Below are positions 1 to 12,763 of a stretch of 64,000 nucleotides of DNA, piece after piece. This DNA comes from Octopus bimaculoides (taxonomy: Eukaryota). Each line of letters begins with the position of its first letter. Within the stretch, counting starts at the first letter, position 1. A program made the translations under genes and the position numbers. The stretch lies in assembly GCF_001194135.2 (NCBI RefSeq), contig NC_068999.1, positions 39,712,874-39,776,873 on the forward strand, in the 5' to 3' direction. The notes beneath the pieces are model-generated. The model saw only the letters and a list, made by a program, of their open reading frames with translations, did not search any database and was not told the origin of the DNA.

Positions 1-849
1 ATATACGTATATGTATATATTACGTATATATATATATATAAATATATACGTATATACACACACACACACACACACACANNNNNNNNNNNNNNNNNNNNNN
101 NNNNNNNNNNNNNNNNNNNNNNNNNNNNNNNNNNNNNNNNNNNNNNNNNNNNNNNNNNNNNNNNNNNNNNNNNNNNNNNNNNNNNNNNNNNNNNNNNNNN
201 NNNNNNNNNNNNNNNNNNNNNNNNNNNNNNNNNNNNNNNNNNNNNNNNNNNNNNNNNNNNNNNNNNNNNNNNNNNNNNNNNNNNNNNNNNNNNNNNNNNN
301 NNNNNNNNNNNNNNNNNNNNNNNNNNNNNNNNNNNNNNNNNNNNNNNNNNNNNNNNNNNNNNNNNNNNNNNNNNNNNNNNNNNNNNNNNNNNNNNNNNNN
401 NNNNNNNNNNNNNNNNNNNNNNNNNNNNNNNNNNNNNNNNNNNNNNNNNNNNNNNNNNNNNNNNNNNNNNNNNNNNNNNNNNNNNNNNNNNNNNNNNNNN
501 NNNNNNNNNNNNNNNNNNNNNNNNNNNNNNNNNNNNNNNNNNNNNNNNNNNNNNNNNNNNNNNNNNNNNNNNNNNNNNNNNNNNNNNNNNNNNNNNNNNN
601 NNNNNNNNNNNNNNNNNNNNNNNNNNNNNNNNNNNNNNNNNNNNNNNNNNNNNNNNNNNNNNNNNNNNNNNNNNNNNNNNNNNNNNNNNNNNNNNNNNNN
701 NNNNNNNNNNNNNNNNNNNNNNNNNNNNNNNNNNNNNNNNNNNNNNNNNNNNNNNNNNNNNNNNNNNNNNNNNNNNNNNNNNNNNNNNNNNNNNNNNNNN
801 NNNNNNNNNNNNNNNNNTATATATATATATATGTATATACGTATATGTA

Positions 850-1034
850 TTCGGTTGTCTGGAAAGTTCGTGCCGATTTATAGTAGCTTACCTTACGACT
901 TATTTTAAAACATGGCTGAGTCCATAAAATAGGATTTGACCACACCTCCATTTCAATCACAGTTTCAGCTACCTTTTCGTGGAAGAAGGTTTATGTTCCT
1001 ATAACTTGTGTTAATTCTGTAACCCTTTAAAATG
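850..1034 (+). mobile_element. Mariner-type DNA transposon 5' end (solo TIR plus leader), truncated
   Basis: TA at 848-849 is followed by TTCGGTTGTCTGGAAAGTTCGTGCCGATTT (850-879). This fits the mariner TIR pattern TTnGGTTG....AAAGT...TGCnGnTTT (cf. Hsmar1/MADE1 TTAGGTTGGTGCAAAAGTAATTGCGGTTTT). No partner TIR or transposase ORF is seen, and the 3' limit is approximate. Confidence 0.6.
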
Positions 1035-1529
1035 TGTCATGAGTACTGGTTTAATGCAAATAACAACAGTGTTCTGCTAGTACAGTTTCCAAAATGTGAT
1101 GGCCACGGCGTGTCTTTTGATACTATGAAGACTCAACTGAAACATATTGCTCGTGAGATTCAAAAATCAAGCTACCACTGGTGCTAATGGCACAGATGAA
1201 CGGAGTTTATGGTTATGAGTGCTCATGCATTGAGTCTCTTCTCTTAAATGTCGCTTTAAATCAGCAGAATCGTAGGCACTGATAGATTTTAAATCTGTGA
1301 ATGGTGATGCAATAAGTGGCAGCGAAGAAGTAAGAGCTGTCATTCATTCCTAAGATATTTCATGCTCACGAACTGTAAATTGATTCTTGATAACGTTCCT
1401 GTTAAAGATGAAATGTATAATGAAGATATGATCTTTATTTGTTATTCATTATCTTATTAATATAGTCTCGAGACGTGGGACAGTTCCTTCAGACCGGTTT
1501 TAGGCCATTATTCTTTGAATTTGTTTAGG

Positions 1530-1735
1530 AAATACTGTCAGATTAATGTCCATACAGGCATTGCTCTTTTGTCAGCTGTTGGCAAAGTTTTGGTGCGTAT
1601 CATTTTTCTTAGTCGCCTGAATAAATCGTCGGTAAATGTTAGTTTTCTAAATCTCTGTTTGATTTTCTTTCCACGACAGGAACAATTGCTTCGCTTTTCA
1701 AGGCATGATAGCTTATAGGAGAAGTGTGACACGCA
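1530..1735 (+). mobile_element. RTE-clade LINE reverse transcriptase fragment (decayed)
   Basis: Translation TGIALLSAVGKVLVRIIFLSRLNK matches the RTE motif YRGISLLSxxGKVLARILLNRL. After a frameshift, SKSLFDFLSTTGTIASLFKA**L aligns to PESQCGFRxGRGTxDMIFxARQLQEK. Confidence 0.75.
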
Positions 1736-2428
1736 AATCATTTATTTATTCAAATTACATTTACCAAATCAGTGCATATAACACTGAGACAAGGCTACAT
1801 TTTCAGGAAACGCTTTGAAAATTAAATTTTATACAGGTAACTAAATGTTTTTGTGATCAAGTTTTAGAGAGGGACGATAATTTTGTCAAAAAAGGGTGCC
1901 GTCTTAACTCTTCTTCTTTCCTCATATTAGGCTGTGGCACTCGCTCATGATTCAGCATTAATCTCCTCCAATTTCCAAGGACTAACTGTCAATATGAAAG
2001 ATTTCAATATCTCATACGTGTGCGACTTAGCGCATACCACATACAATTAAGCAGTGTTTATATCGTGGCTGCGTGTTTTGTCTGCGAAAGTTATATTTCG
2101 AAATATTTTGTATAACTTGGGAAAATTAACAAAATGTAATTTGGAGTTCTATATAATAAAAACCTCGTGTTATTCTGCTCTGCTGAATAGGCTATCATTA
2201 AGTTAAATGTCAGAAGACGTCATACTGTATACATTATATAATGATATGGTGATAATCAGAACGGATAATATCAATCTGCGAATATATTAATATCTGTATT
2301 AACAATACTGTGTAACGAATATTTTATTCATTAGTATAAGTTTCTAGATTATTTGCCACCTGTTATATATATATATTTCTCTGTTTGTGCTTTTCTGTCT
2401 GCCTCTCTATCATTCACTCACTCACTCA

Positions 2429-2432
<4 letters not shown>

Positions 2433-2473
<41 letters not shown>

Positions 2474-2513
2474 NNNNNNNNNNNNNNNNNNNNNNNNNNN
2501 NNNNNNNNNNNNN

Positions 2514-2564
<51 letters not shown>
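2433..2564. repeat. (CT)n and (CA)n microsatellites flanking a gap
   Basis: Directly visible runs on either side of the N-gap at 2474-2513. Confidence 0.95.
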
Positions 2565-2566
<2 letters not shown>

Positions 2567-3452
2567 AATCACTCACTCACTCACCCACTCACTCACTCTT
2601 TCAATGGATGAAAATAAGGAGTAAAAGAGAATATCGTTATTCTATATTCGGAAAGAGAGTCAACTGACGTTCCAGAAAATATCGTTTGTTCGCCACCCAC
2701 ACAAAGGTAAATTAGTGACGTATTTTATTCTGATGAATATTTGTCAAAAGCAGAAAACAAAATGACGATGTCCCGATGGTTTTAGTGAGAGAGCAAAATA
2801 TAAATAACATCCAGTCTTTATTTAATTTTCAGCTTCGACGAGAATGTTTTGAGACGAAATATTAGCGAAAATAAGTGAAATAATTTATTTAGCACCTCTC
2901 TGTACCACATAACTTTATGAATGCTTTTAACTTGTATAACAACGATTCTAAATACCGCACCAACCATTTGACTGCACCGGCAGAAACGTTCAACCTGAGA
3001 AACTGCCATAAAAAAATATAAACATAAATAAAACGAGGTGTGAACGAAATAAGAATGAGAAGCAAATTTACTAACGCCATTTGAAACCAGCATTTGGAAT
3101 AAGATGTCAATGAGATTCATCTTCAACACTGAAAGGGAAGTCGGAGACTCCCGACTCTATATTTCGAAACGAAAATGAATAAAACGTCAATAAGCTTGGG
3201 GTTCTTTTTTTTCTGAAAGTTTACCAAACAAATAATTTCATCGGCATTCCAAGAAATGGTGATTAATTTTCTGCTGCATTTTAGGTTGTTTACTCTGATA
3301 TCACAGTGATATGGACTATTTATTAGAGTGAAGGAAGTGAACAGCATTTTGCAATCGTTTTTTGCACATGTGTAATATATAGCAATTCATTAACACACAC
3401 ACACCGTGTAAGCAGACACAGACACACAGACACACACACACACACATCTATA

Positions 3453-3541
<89 letters not shown>

Positions 3542-4274
3542 ATGTATATATATGTATTACATACATACATATATATATTTATATATATATATATACACCA
3601 ATATACATCATTAATTCGTGCGTGTGTGTATGTGTTTGTGCGTGCTAGTATAATATTATTTATTCATATAACTTGAAGTTTATGATGAACGTTTAGAGAA
3701 CTCTCCAGTAGTTATAACTACGTATATATTTCTAAATATCTCACACATTTCTTTCGTGTAAAAAGACTTGGTGCGATGACGTATGCTGAGAGTATAGTAA
3801 TAAAAAGTAAAAAAAAAAAGCTATTTTTCTTAAATAAATTGTTTACCTCCACCATCGCGTATTCTCTATATAGGATCTAATGGCAACTGCCAGTGTCTAC
3901 CGTAGCATTTCTGCGACCTGGTCGCTGACGCAAGCTAGTTGTTTTTCGAAAACTAGTTACAGACCACATTCTATAGAATATGGAAGTTTCCTTTCCTTCT
4001 ATATTTTTTCTTCTTTATGATAGAGCTATTAATTACATTTTTTTGCTTTAATCGTAGTAGTGCCTTAATGCATTTTAATTGGCATTTTAATGAATGCAGT
4101 GTTTCATTCATGCATTCATTAATTACCAATGTATGTGTTCAACACCCTTATTATCACGGAATGCGTAGGTGTAATATGTCACATTCAATTTCTCGTAGGT
4201 TCTGCTATCTGCATTACATTTTATGCCATGTGATTTGTTCATATGTGTGCCATCATTATTAGTAGTAAGGGGGA

Positions 4275-4487
4275 AGTGGCCAGCTACCAGAATCGTTAGA
4301 ACACCGGGCGAAATGCTTAGTGGTAGTTCGTCTGTCTTCAAGTTCTGAGTTCAAATTCCGGCGAGGTCGACTTTCCATTGTAGTCGTAGTAAATGAAGTA
4401 CCAGTGAAATACTGGGGTCGATGTAATCGACTACACCCCTCCCCGCAAAATATTTGATGCATTGTGCCTATAGGAGAAAGGATTATT
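4275..4487 (+). mobile_element. SINE family A, copy 1
   Basis: Head CAGAATCGTTAG..CCGGGCGAAATGCTTAG, then TTCTGAGTTCAAATTCCG, GGTCGACTTT, AAGTACCAG..ACTGGGGTCGATGTAATCGACT and an (ATT)n-like tail. The same blocks recur in several other copies in the window. Confidence 0.9.
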
Positions 4488-4496
4488 ACAAATAAT

Positions 4497-4706
4497 GTGG
4501 TGGCAGAATCGTTAGCACGACCGGCAAATTGCTAAGCAGCATTTCGTCTGACTTTACGTTCTGTGTTCAAATTTCACCGAGATCGACTTTGCCACTCATC
4601 CTATCGAGGTCGATAAAATAGATACCAGTTGAATACTGGGTTAACGCAATTAACTTACGCCCTCTCCGAAATGTCTAGCCTTGTGCCAAAATTTAGAAAC
4701 ATTATT
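4497..4706 (+). mobile_element. SINE family A, copy 2 (head-to-tail with copy 1)
   Basis: GGCAGAATCGTTAGCACG..GTTCTGTGTTCAAATTTCACCGAGATCGACTTTGCC..GGTCGATAAAATAGATACCAG, ending in ATTATT. Confidence 0.9.
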
Positions 4707-5537
4707 GCTAACAACAGTCCTCTGTTCTTTACATTCTGAGTCCGGGGCCAATAATAAAATTTATTGCTATTGATGATATCAACTAACCCTGTCCACATAC
4801 TCCTGACTTAATGTTAATGCTAGAAAGAATTCTTACTAATAATAGTAGAAGCAGTTATTTTTAGTATTTTCCTCCTGTGAGAACTGGACATGTCTTTCTG
4901 GAGTGTGGTTTGCTATGTAATTATGCAATTTTAAAAGAATTACGTGTATTTTTTCATATCACATATGTATTTCATATTAGATTGTATTACATGTTAGCTA
5001 AATCTAACATAAATACCGCTAAAATGGGAAAAAAATCGTATATAACAATATGTCTATATGTAAAATGCATACAAATTGTCTACAGAGAGACAGGACATAT
5101 GTAGATATGAACTACATTGCATTAGTGTTGACTAGTTTATGATTAAGATTATATTCTTGCTAGAATATGCTAACTAATTCAATGTCCCGATGCCAAGTCA
5201 GGTAACTGAATCGGTTTGTATAAGTACAATGTGTTATAGAAGACAATTCTCATATAACGAAATAATATCTATATACATAAGTCTTTGAAGTTTTATGAAA
5301 AATGTAAATAAACAGACGTCGTTACTAGGTTCGAAAGAAAAATCACATTAAACACCATTTTCTTCTCTCAATAGCGTCCATTAAATATTTTATAAACTCA
5401 CCAAACTACAATCCGGAAGAAATATTCCATGTCTACAACTCTGAGCAATAAAGATCAACAGTGTGTCGGTGTGAATACAATTCTAGATAGAATTTTCTTT
5501 TACATCTGCACGTTTATCTTCTCTTTCTTTCTCTCTC

Positions 5538-5583
<46 letters not shown>

Positions 5584-5900
5584 TCTCGCTCGCTCGCTCT
5601 CTCCCTCCTTCTATTTATGTCCACTTATACCCATATGTGTATGTGTACATGTAGGGATATATAGACACGTATATACATAAAATTACGCGATCAGACGTAT
5701 TTATGTATGTAAATATATATGTCCATCTAAATGTACACATACAAACTCGCACGCACACACATCCACACACACACATCCACACACACACACAAAAGCGCGC
5801 ACATGCACGCACATATATACTCTCTCATTCTTTCATCTATCTCTCATTTTCTATCATGTAGACAGAATTAGGGTATTTGACAACGACGGTGTTGCCGCTC

Positions 5901-6251
<351 letters not shown>

Positions 6252-7051
6252 GTAGTGGTGGTGGTGATTATGCAGCCTATGGCAGAGATGCTGCTATTCT
6301 CATCGTCGTCGTTGTCATCATCATCATCATCAACTCAACCATCCCCCACACTGCTACCGCTCGCACCATCAGCACCAACCTCATCACTACGAAACACCAC
6401 CGCCACCACCACCACCACCACCATCACTACCACTATCTTCCTCGTAAACAACTTTTGGCTATTATCAAGATAATATATCCACTTCTACGTGCCTACATCA
6501 AGTTATATAACAATCGATGTAATCAACCATTTGCTTAGACAGCAGCAAATCATTTCAAAGCAGACCGGTGCAAACTGGTCAATTCTTGTTAATGTTATCA
6601 TATTATATTCCTCTAATCGAGTTTGTATCGTCTCCTTTGCTTACATTTATTGCAACAGTCCTGCTTTTTTCTTTCTTTTTTTTTTTCCTTTTTCTGTTTT
6701 ATTTTTCATTCGTTTCTCTGAAATAGTTGGGTAGACATACTTTCTACAAATCCTAGCTCACCCGACTATTGTTAATAAATAATGGGGTGAGCGGCATTTT
6801 CTTGTAGGTAAATTCAATGGTGAGAAATATCAGCTACATTTCCTTCAGCAATACCATACCTGTTTTTTTTTGGAAACGGAAGAACACATGATACAGTGTA
6901 AACCTAGATGTGCTATGCTTTTAAAATATAAATGAATGTTTTACTACTAGGATAGCTCTTTCATTATAGGTCCACACACATATAAATGGCACGGTCCTAA
7001 ATCACGGCGCTACAATCATAAACACATCTTCCAACAACACCAGCTCCATCT

Positions 7052-7357
7052 GCAAAGTGTCTTCTACTATAGCCTCGGGCCGACCAAAGCCTTGTGAGTG
7101 GAATATGTATATATGTATATATGCATGTATGTGTGTATATGTTTGTGTGTCTGTGTTTGTCCTCACTACATCGCTTGACTACCGATCCTGGTGAGTTTAC
7201 GTCCCCGCAACTTAGTGGTTCGGCAAAAGAGACCAATAGAATAAGTACTAGGCTTACAAAGTATAAGTCCGGGGGTCGATTTGCTCGACTAAAGACAGTG
7301 CTCCAGCATGGCCACGGTCAAATGACTGAAACGAGTAAGAGTAAAGAGTAAAAGAGT
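7052..7357 (+). mobile_element. SINE family B, 5'-truncated (CORE-like block; possibly related to octopus OR-type SINEs)
   Basis: AAGTGTCTTCTACTATAGCCTCGGGCCGACCAAAGCCTTGTGAGTGG ... TTCGGCAAAAGAGACC..AATAAGTACTAGGCTTAC..CAGCATGGCCACGGTCAAATGACTGAAAC plus an (AAGAGT)n tail. Collinear with the copy at 62081-62480. The family name is from memory only. Confidence 0.85.
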
Positions 7358-7404
7358 GAGAGTATGAAAGANNNNNNNNNNAGAGAGAGAGACTCGAAGT
7401 GCTG

Positions 7405-7480
7405 AAGTAGTACTTCATTTATTGTTCCAGAAACAGTGGAAGGCCGAGCTGATCACAATACCATCTGAATTCAGAGTAGC
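7405..7480 (-). mobile_element. SINE family A, degenerate fragment
   Basis: GTAGTACTTCATTTATTG..GGAAGGCCGAGCTGATC..TCTGAATTCAGAG resembles the reverse complement of the family A centre. Confidence 0.5.
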
Positions 7481-7616
7481 GGTAATATACTAGTAAGAAC
7501 TAATAGTACCTCAAACGATTCTGAAATTTCAGTTAGGAGCCACCATATTAGACATCACCTCCTCACTACCACTACTACTGCTATCACTGCCATCACAGTT
7601 TGAATGAAGAATACTA

Positions 7617-7808
7617 TTTTCTATTCTAGGCAGAAGGCCCTAAATTTGGGGGAAAGGGAGCCAGTCGATTAGATCGACCCCAGTACGCAACTGGCATTTA
7701 ATTTATCGAAACCGAAATGATGAAAGGCAAAGTCGACCTCAGCGGAATTTGAACTCCGAACGTAGCGGTAGACGAAACACCGCTAAGTATTTCACCCGGC
7801 GTGTCAAC
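7617..7808 (-). mobile_element. SINE family A
   Basis: Reverse complement of the 4275 copy: CAGTCGATTAGATCGACCCCAGTACGCAACTGG..GAAAGGCAAAGTCGACCTCAGCGGAATTTGAACTC..CCGCTAAGTATTTCACCCGGCGTG. Confidence 0.92.
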
Positions 7809-9147
7809 TGTGGTCTTTCTATCTACAAGGAATAGTAGCTAAAGCTCATTCATGTCATATTATCGCTTGTTCTTAAAATACGTATTAAGATTTTGCACGC
7901 CGGGTTGAATAAGAAAAGAACGTCAAATGACAATAAAGGAGGTTATACTAAAAATCTAGTGATTATACAGGCTGTAGCAGGAAACAAATCCTCTCATATC
8001 TTACTAGTATGGTTGTGAGGAAACTAGGCAGTGGGTGATGGTGACTTTAGGTAGGTAACGGTTCATCTTTTTCTTTCTTTTTCACTAATAAACATGATGT
8101 GGATCCGTTGGTCTTTTGTTTAATCGTTTGTCAACATGTACAAATAAGGTTTATTTCATTATAATACCTTTTTGCTGCGCAGTAAAAGTTCTCTCGGCGA
8201 GAGCTAAACAGAGGAAACACAACAACCACCACAGAAGCATCAACAAAATTTCTTCTGAGATATTTCTAGTATTATCTACCTATTCACGTATTCGAAAGAA
8301 ATTGCAGATTTGAAAAAGTAAAGGAGAAAAAATATAAAAATACATTATAGTAAAGAAACAAAATTTGGATCAGAGAATTAAGTTCCAGGATTCAAGAATA
8401 TTGTTTTGGTTGGTAGCCAATACTTTGGTGACGTTCCAAAGCTGGTTTTAATTTTACCAATTCTTAATACAATCTGATTTATGTAAGCCGCATAAAGTTT
8501 TGTGGTGTGCGATAATTTGTTACAAGTGAAGCAGAGCTATGTTCTATGTGAGAGAGAGAGTGGGGGAGGGGTGAAAGGAGACACAGGAGGGGAATTTTAA
8601 TCATTCGATGACAAATACAGACCCGATTCAAAAAAAAAAAGACGCAAAACATATAATGAGAAATATAAGATTCTATGTACACATACTTATGCGTAGGCGC
8701 TCACAGGCACACACTCTCCCAAAATATGATAAACGTGTGAATAAGTGCTTAGGTCTGCCTGTGCGTGTATGGATATATAAATACATGTTTGTCTCTCTCT
8801 CTATATATATATATGTGTATGTGTGTGTGTTTGTGTGTGCGCGCGCGCGTATGTATTACTGTACATAAATGCCTCGCGCTAGGAGGGACTCTTCGGGAAT
8901 TTCATTCCCTCCCGTTCGGTACAATGTCTTTATTATGGTAGTTTTGACTTTAAGAGCGTGCGGAATTTATGTATAGTAATGCCATTGTATATATAAATAA
9001 ATATATTTAAAGGGAATAATTAATAAATTTATCCTATTTTAAAATTATATATATATTATTATATAAATTATATATATATATATATATTTGTGTGTGTGTG
9101 TGTGTTGTGGGTGCGTGTGTATCTATCTATCTAGGTGTATATCTATG

Positions 9148-9200
<53 letters not shown>

Positions 9201-10509
9201 CAAGTCGTTACACTATATATCAATGATTTCATTTTACGTACACATTAAATAGTAACTGAAGGGGCAAACGTTCAGTATCCCACAGATCTTTCTAACTGAA
9301 CGCATAGTGGTAGAGAATAATTCGTTAGTCATAATATTTAAATTACCCGCCTGTAGCAACTATCCATGCCTTTCACACATAAAACTTCATGGAAGACAAT
9401 ATAACCTGTTTGGAATCTAATGGCTTGAAATTGATTAAATTATTTCAACGATGCCAATGGTTATTTGAAACGTTCCATTGTAAAGCTGTCGCCGTACAAT
9501 ATTAAATAATAAAAGTGTTTGACACATGATATAAATTAAAACACTATAGAATATTGCTCCAAATCTCTTCAACACATAACTTTACGACATATGTCACACT
9601 CCGCAATGTTTAACGAATTTAGAACTATCGACACAAAGGTTAATTATCGGTAGTTCTAAAACAGGGTCGTGTAATAGATACAATTCATGTCAAAACCTGA
9701 ATAATATCAATGGTCTCATTTACTTTTGCTACGTATGTCCTCTCACTTATGTGTTCAGGTAAATTGATCTATGATATCGATTACACATTGACCCTACAAT
9801 GACCGTATAAAACCGTGCACTAGCTAAGGAATATACGAAATTAAACATCCAGTTGTCAATGAATTATTATAATAAACTAATATAGCAAGAAACAGTAAAC
9901 TATGTACCGCAGCAAATATATCACATCCCGCAGGTATTAAAACGCACAAACCATACATAAAGAGTATTAATTTGACTGAGAAGTAGATTAACTATGTAAA
10001 AGAATACCGCATTACCAAAAGCTTTTGTAAAGAATAACAGAATCCGTTGCCCCAAGCCACATATCAACACTGTTGGCATACTACGAGAGTGGTAAGTTTG
10101 GAAATATTTAATCACAGACGTGTATAGATGAAGATAAGATACCAATTCCCAATAGAATTTTAAATTTAACTTCAAACTTTAAGTCGCAAACAGCGTAACA
10201 CTACCTGCTATTTTAATTACGCAACTGGTTCACTCCTTTATCTGTTGAAGACACTTTCACAACATCGATAAATAACAATGCACTACATAATATGAAACAA
10301 AACAAAGAGTATATTAGAAGACAATGCAGCAAATCACATCCATATCTACTGACATACAAGAGACATTTGATGATACAAGTAATGCACATAACGAAGCACA
10401 GCATCAGATTAAACACATGAAAGTATTGCACATCTGTTACCATAAAAGGGAATTTAGATATACCTTTTGTATTTCTCTCCTTCTGATCGCACCTGGTTAG
10501 ATCAGAGAC

Positions 10510-10870
10510 AGTTACAGAGATGGCTCTCTTTTGCATTCGTCCAATATAAACGCCAGGCTAACAACAAAGCACACCACCTGGAGCATAAAGGAAACCTCTC
10601 GAATTCCTAGAAGTTGATCCAATGATGAATGCAAAGTATCGCTGATGAAGCTGGTAGCAATAAGTGGGGAACGTGCTCTGCGGACAAACGGCCAGGGACT
10701 TACATTTGTACAGATTGCGAGCAATCCTCCTTAAGAAATGCAAAAGGGCTGTAGAAGACCGCTATACTCTTCAAGAGGTTGTTTGCAACTGAGAAATTTC
10801 TCAGAAAGCGTAAGGAAGACTTAATGCTGTGTGAGGCAGCGTCTTCCTGTGCGGAAACCATGCTGAGTGT
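10510..10870 (+). mobile_element. Heavily decayed RTE-like RT segment (tentative)
   Basis: Across frameshifts I read DGSLL, IADEA-VAISGERALR (cf. FADDAALVAHSEEALQR), GLT and FKRLF..RLNAV*GSVFLC-ET (cf. VYKAVVLSxLLYGxETW), in the RTE order. The alignment is by eye only. Confidence 0.45.
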
Positions 10871-12125
10871 TAGGGAGAAAGTCATTATCTACGAGGAAAA
10901 TGATCAATTTTCTCCTGACAATTCGTTCCATGACTATGAATATGTCTGTTTGTGTGTGTATATGTCTCTTTCTTTCTATTCGTTTAATTTATGAATAGTT
11001 TATNNNNNNNNNNNNNNNNNNNNNNNNNNNNNNNNNNNNNNNNNNNNNNNNNNNNNNNNNNNNNNNNNNNNNNNNNNNNNNNNNNNNNNNNNNNNNNNNN
11101 NNNNNNNNNNNNNNNNNNNNNNNNNNNNNNNNNNNNNNNNNNNATATATATATATATATATATATATAGATATATATGTATATGTATATTGTTGAGTAGT
11201 ATAGCTTTCATGAAGCATTGTGCATGTGCGTTTGTGCTCACGCGCATGTATGTTCCACAAACATATTTAAATTAGACGCGTAATTTCTATATCAGGAAAC
11301 ACTGAGTTGGGGCCACCATATTCACGCATATATTCTATTTCTTTATCATATCATAGTAAAGAATAGAATTCTACGCATACCAGTGATTTAATATTAGCCA
11401 AGCAGTATTCCAAAGAGGGTTAAATAGGATAATTTGTCATTCGTTAAAGCATTATAGCAATGTGTATGTGTGTGTCGGTGTGTGAATATATATACATATA
11501 TAAGCAATACATTTCAATAATATCTGGTAGTGTCAAAGGCACACTTTAATACAAATGAACACCTACCGCTTTTCTTTTATTTTCGTTTCTTATTTGTTTG
11601 TCTTGAGTTCATTTCATTTCACTTTTATTTTTCACAGTTTTGTTGACATTTAATCATATGAAATGTCACATCTCCTCTTGGGCATTGTTTGAATTTTCAC
11701 GTAGAAAATAGAAAAACATCTCTATCAAATTGTTGGTCTTTTCTTGAACGCAAAGCATATACACATAAGCACACATATACACGTACACACAAACACTAAT
11801 ATGTTTAATTGCACGCACACGCATAAGCAATGTGTGTATGTTGTTTGTTTTCCCGACAATTCATTGTGTGCAGGTGTGACTAGCATTTGTATATGTCTCA
11901 TACACACGCCCACACACACACACAGACACACACACACACGCACACATCCACCACCATGCTCACCACACACATACGCACACGTGTGTATATTGTATCTAAG
12001 CGCGTCAGTGTGTGGGTATATAAACATATCGTACAGTGTAAATATATTTCTCTGCATTTGACCACGTGAATTTGTATGCGTGTATTTGTGTTTGTCCGCG
12101 TGTGTGTGAGCATGTGTGTGTGTGT

Positions 12126-12170
<45 letters not shown>

Positions 12171-12729
12171 GATGTGCCCTTTCATACAACGTGTAATTTT
12201 CTTCATAACACACATTTCTCGCATCAATTCAAGCGATAGAATTCTTTCACGTCTTTCATTCACTTGGCCTTCACATCGGCCTAATCCCGTATAACAGTAT
12301 AACAGCATAGAGTGTACGTGACCGTATAGGCGAAACAAAGAGTCGATGCCCTCAGCATGTTGAAGAAAATTGGTGATTCTACCACCGCCTCCACTACCGC
12401 CCCCCAAATTCTCATTTAGTCTTTTCATTTTATCTATGCGGTCTCTAATATCACAGCTGACCTTTATGGAGAAGTAACAGTTCCATTGACATGTTTTGAA
12501 GTGCATTTGATCCGTTATTGACTGCTCCATTAAAACGTTCCTGCCGCTAAATATATGTGTGTGTGTGAGGGTGTGTGTGTTTGTGTGTATGTGTGCGTAT
12601 ACGTTCTGCACCTACTTAAATAATATCACATATATGAATGAGATATAGATAAATAAATTGATAATAATATATATATGCATATATATATATGTATATATTC
12701 ATAATGCATATATATGTATATATTCATAA

Positions 12730-12763
<34 letters not shown>

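Noticed and set aside
6756-6792. Small hairpins GCTCACCC/GGGTGAGC (also GGAGGGA/TCCCTCC at 8882-8912)
   Set aside because: The 7-8 bp stems are too short for a pre-miRNA and have no supporting context.
11898-12611. 237-aa minus-strand ORF with GGGSGGGG
   Set aside because: Both ends are (CA)n, and the core has no recognisable domain or good splice sites.
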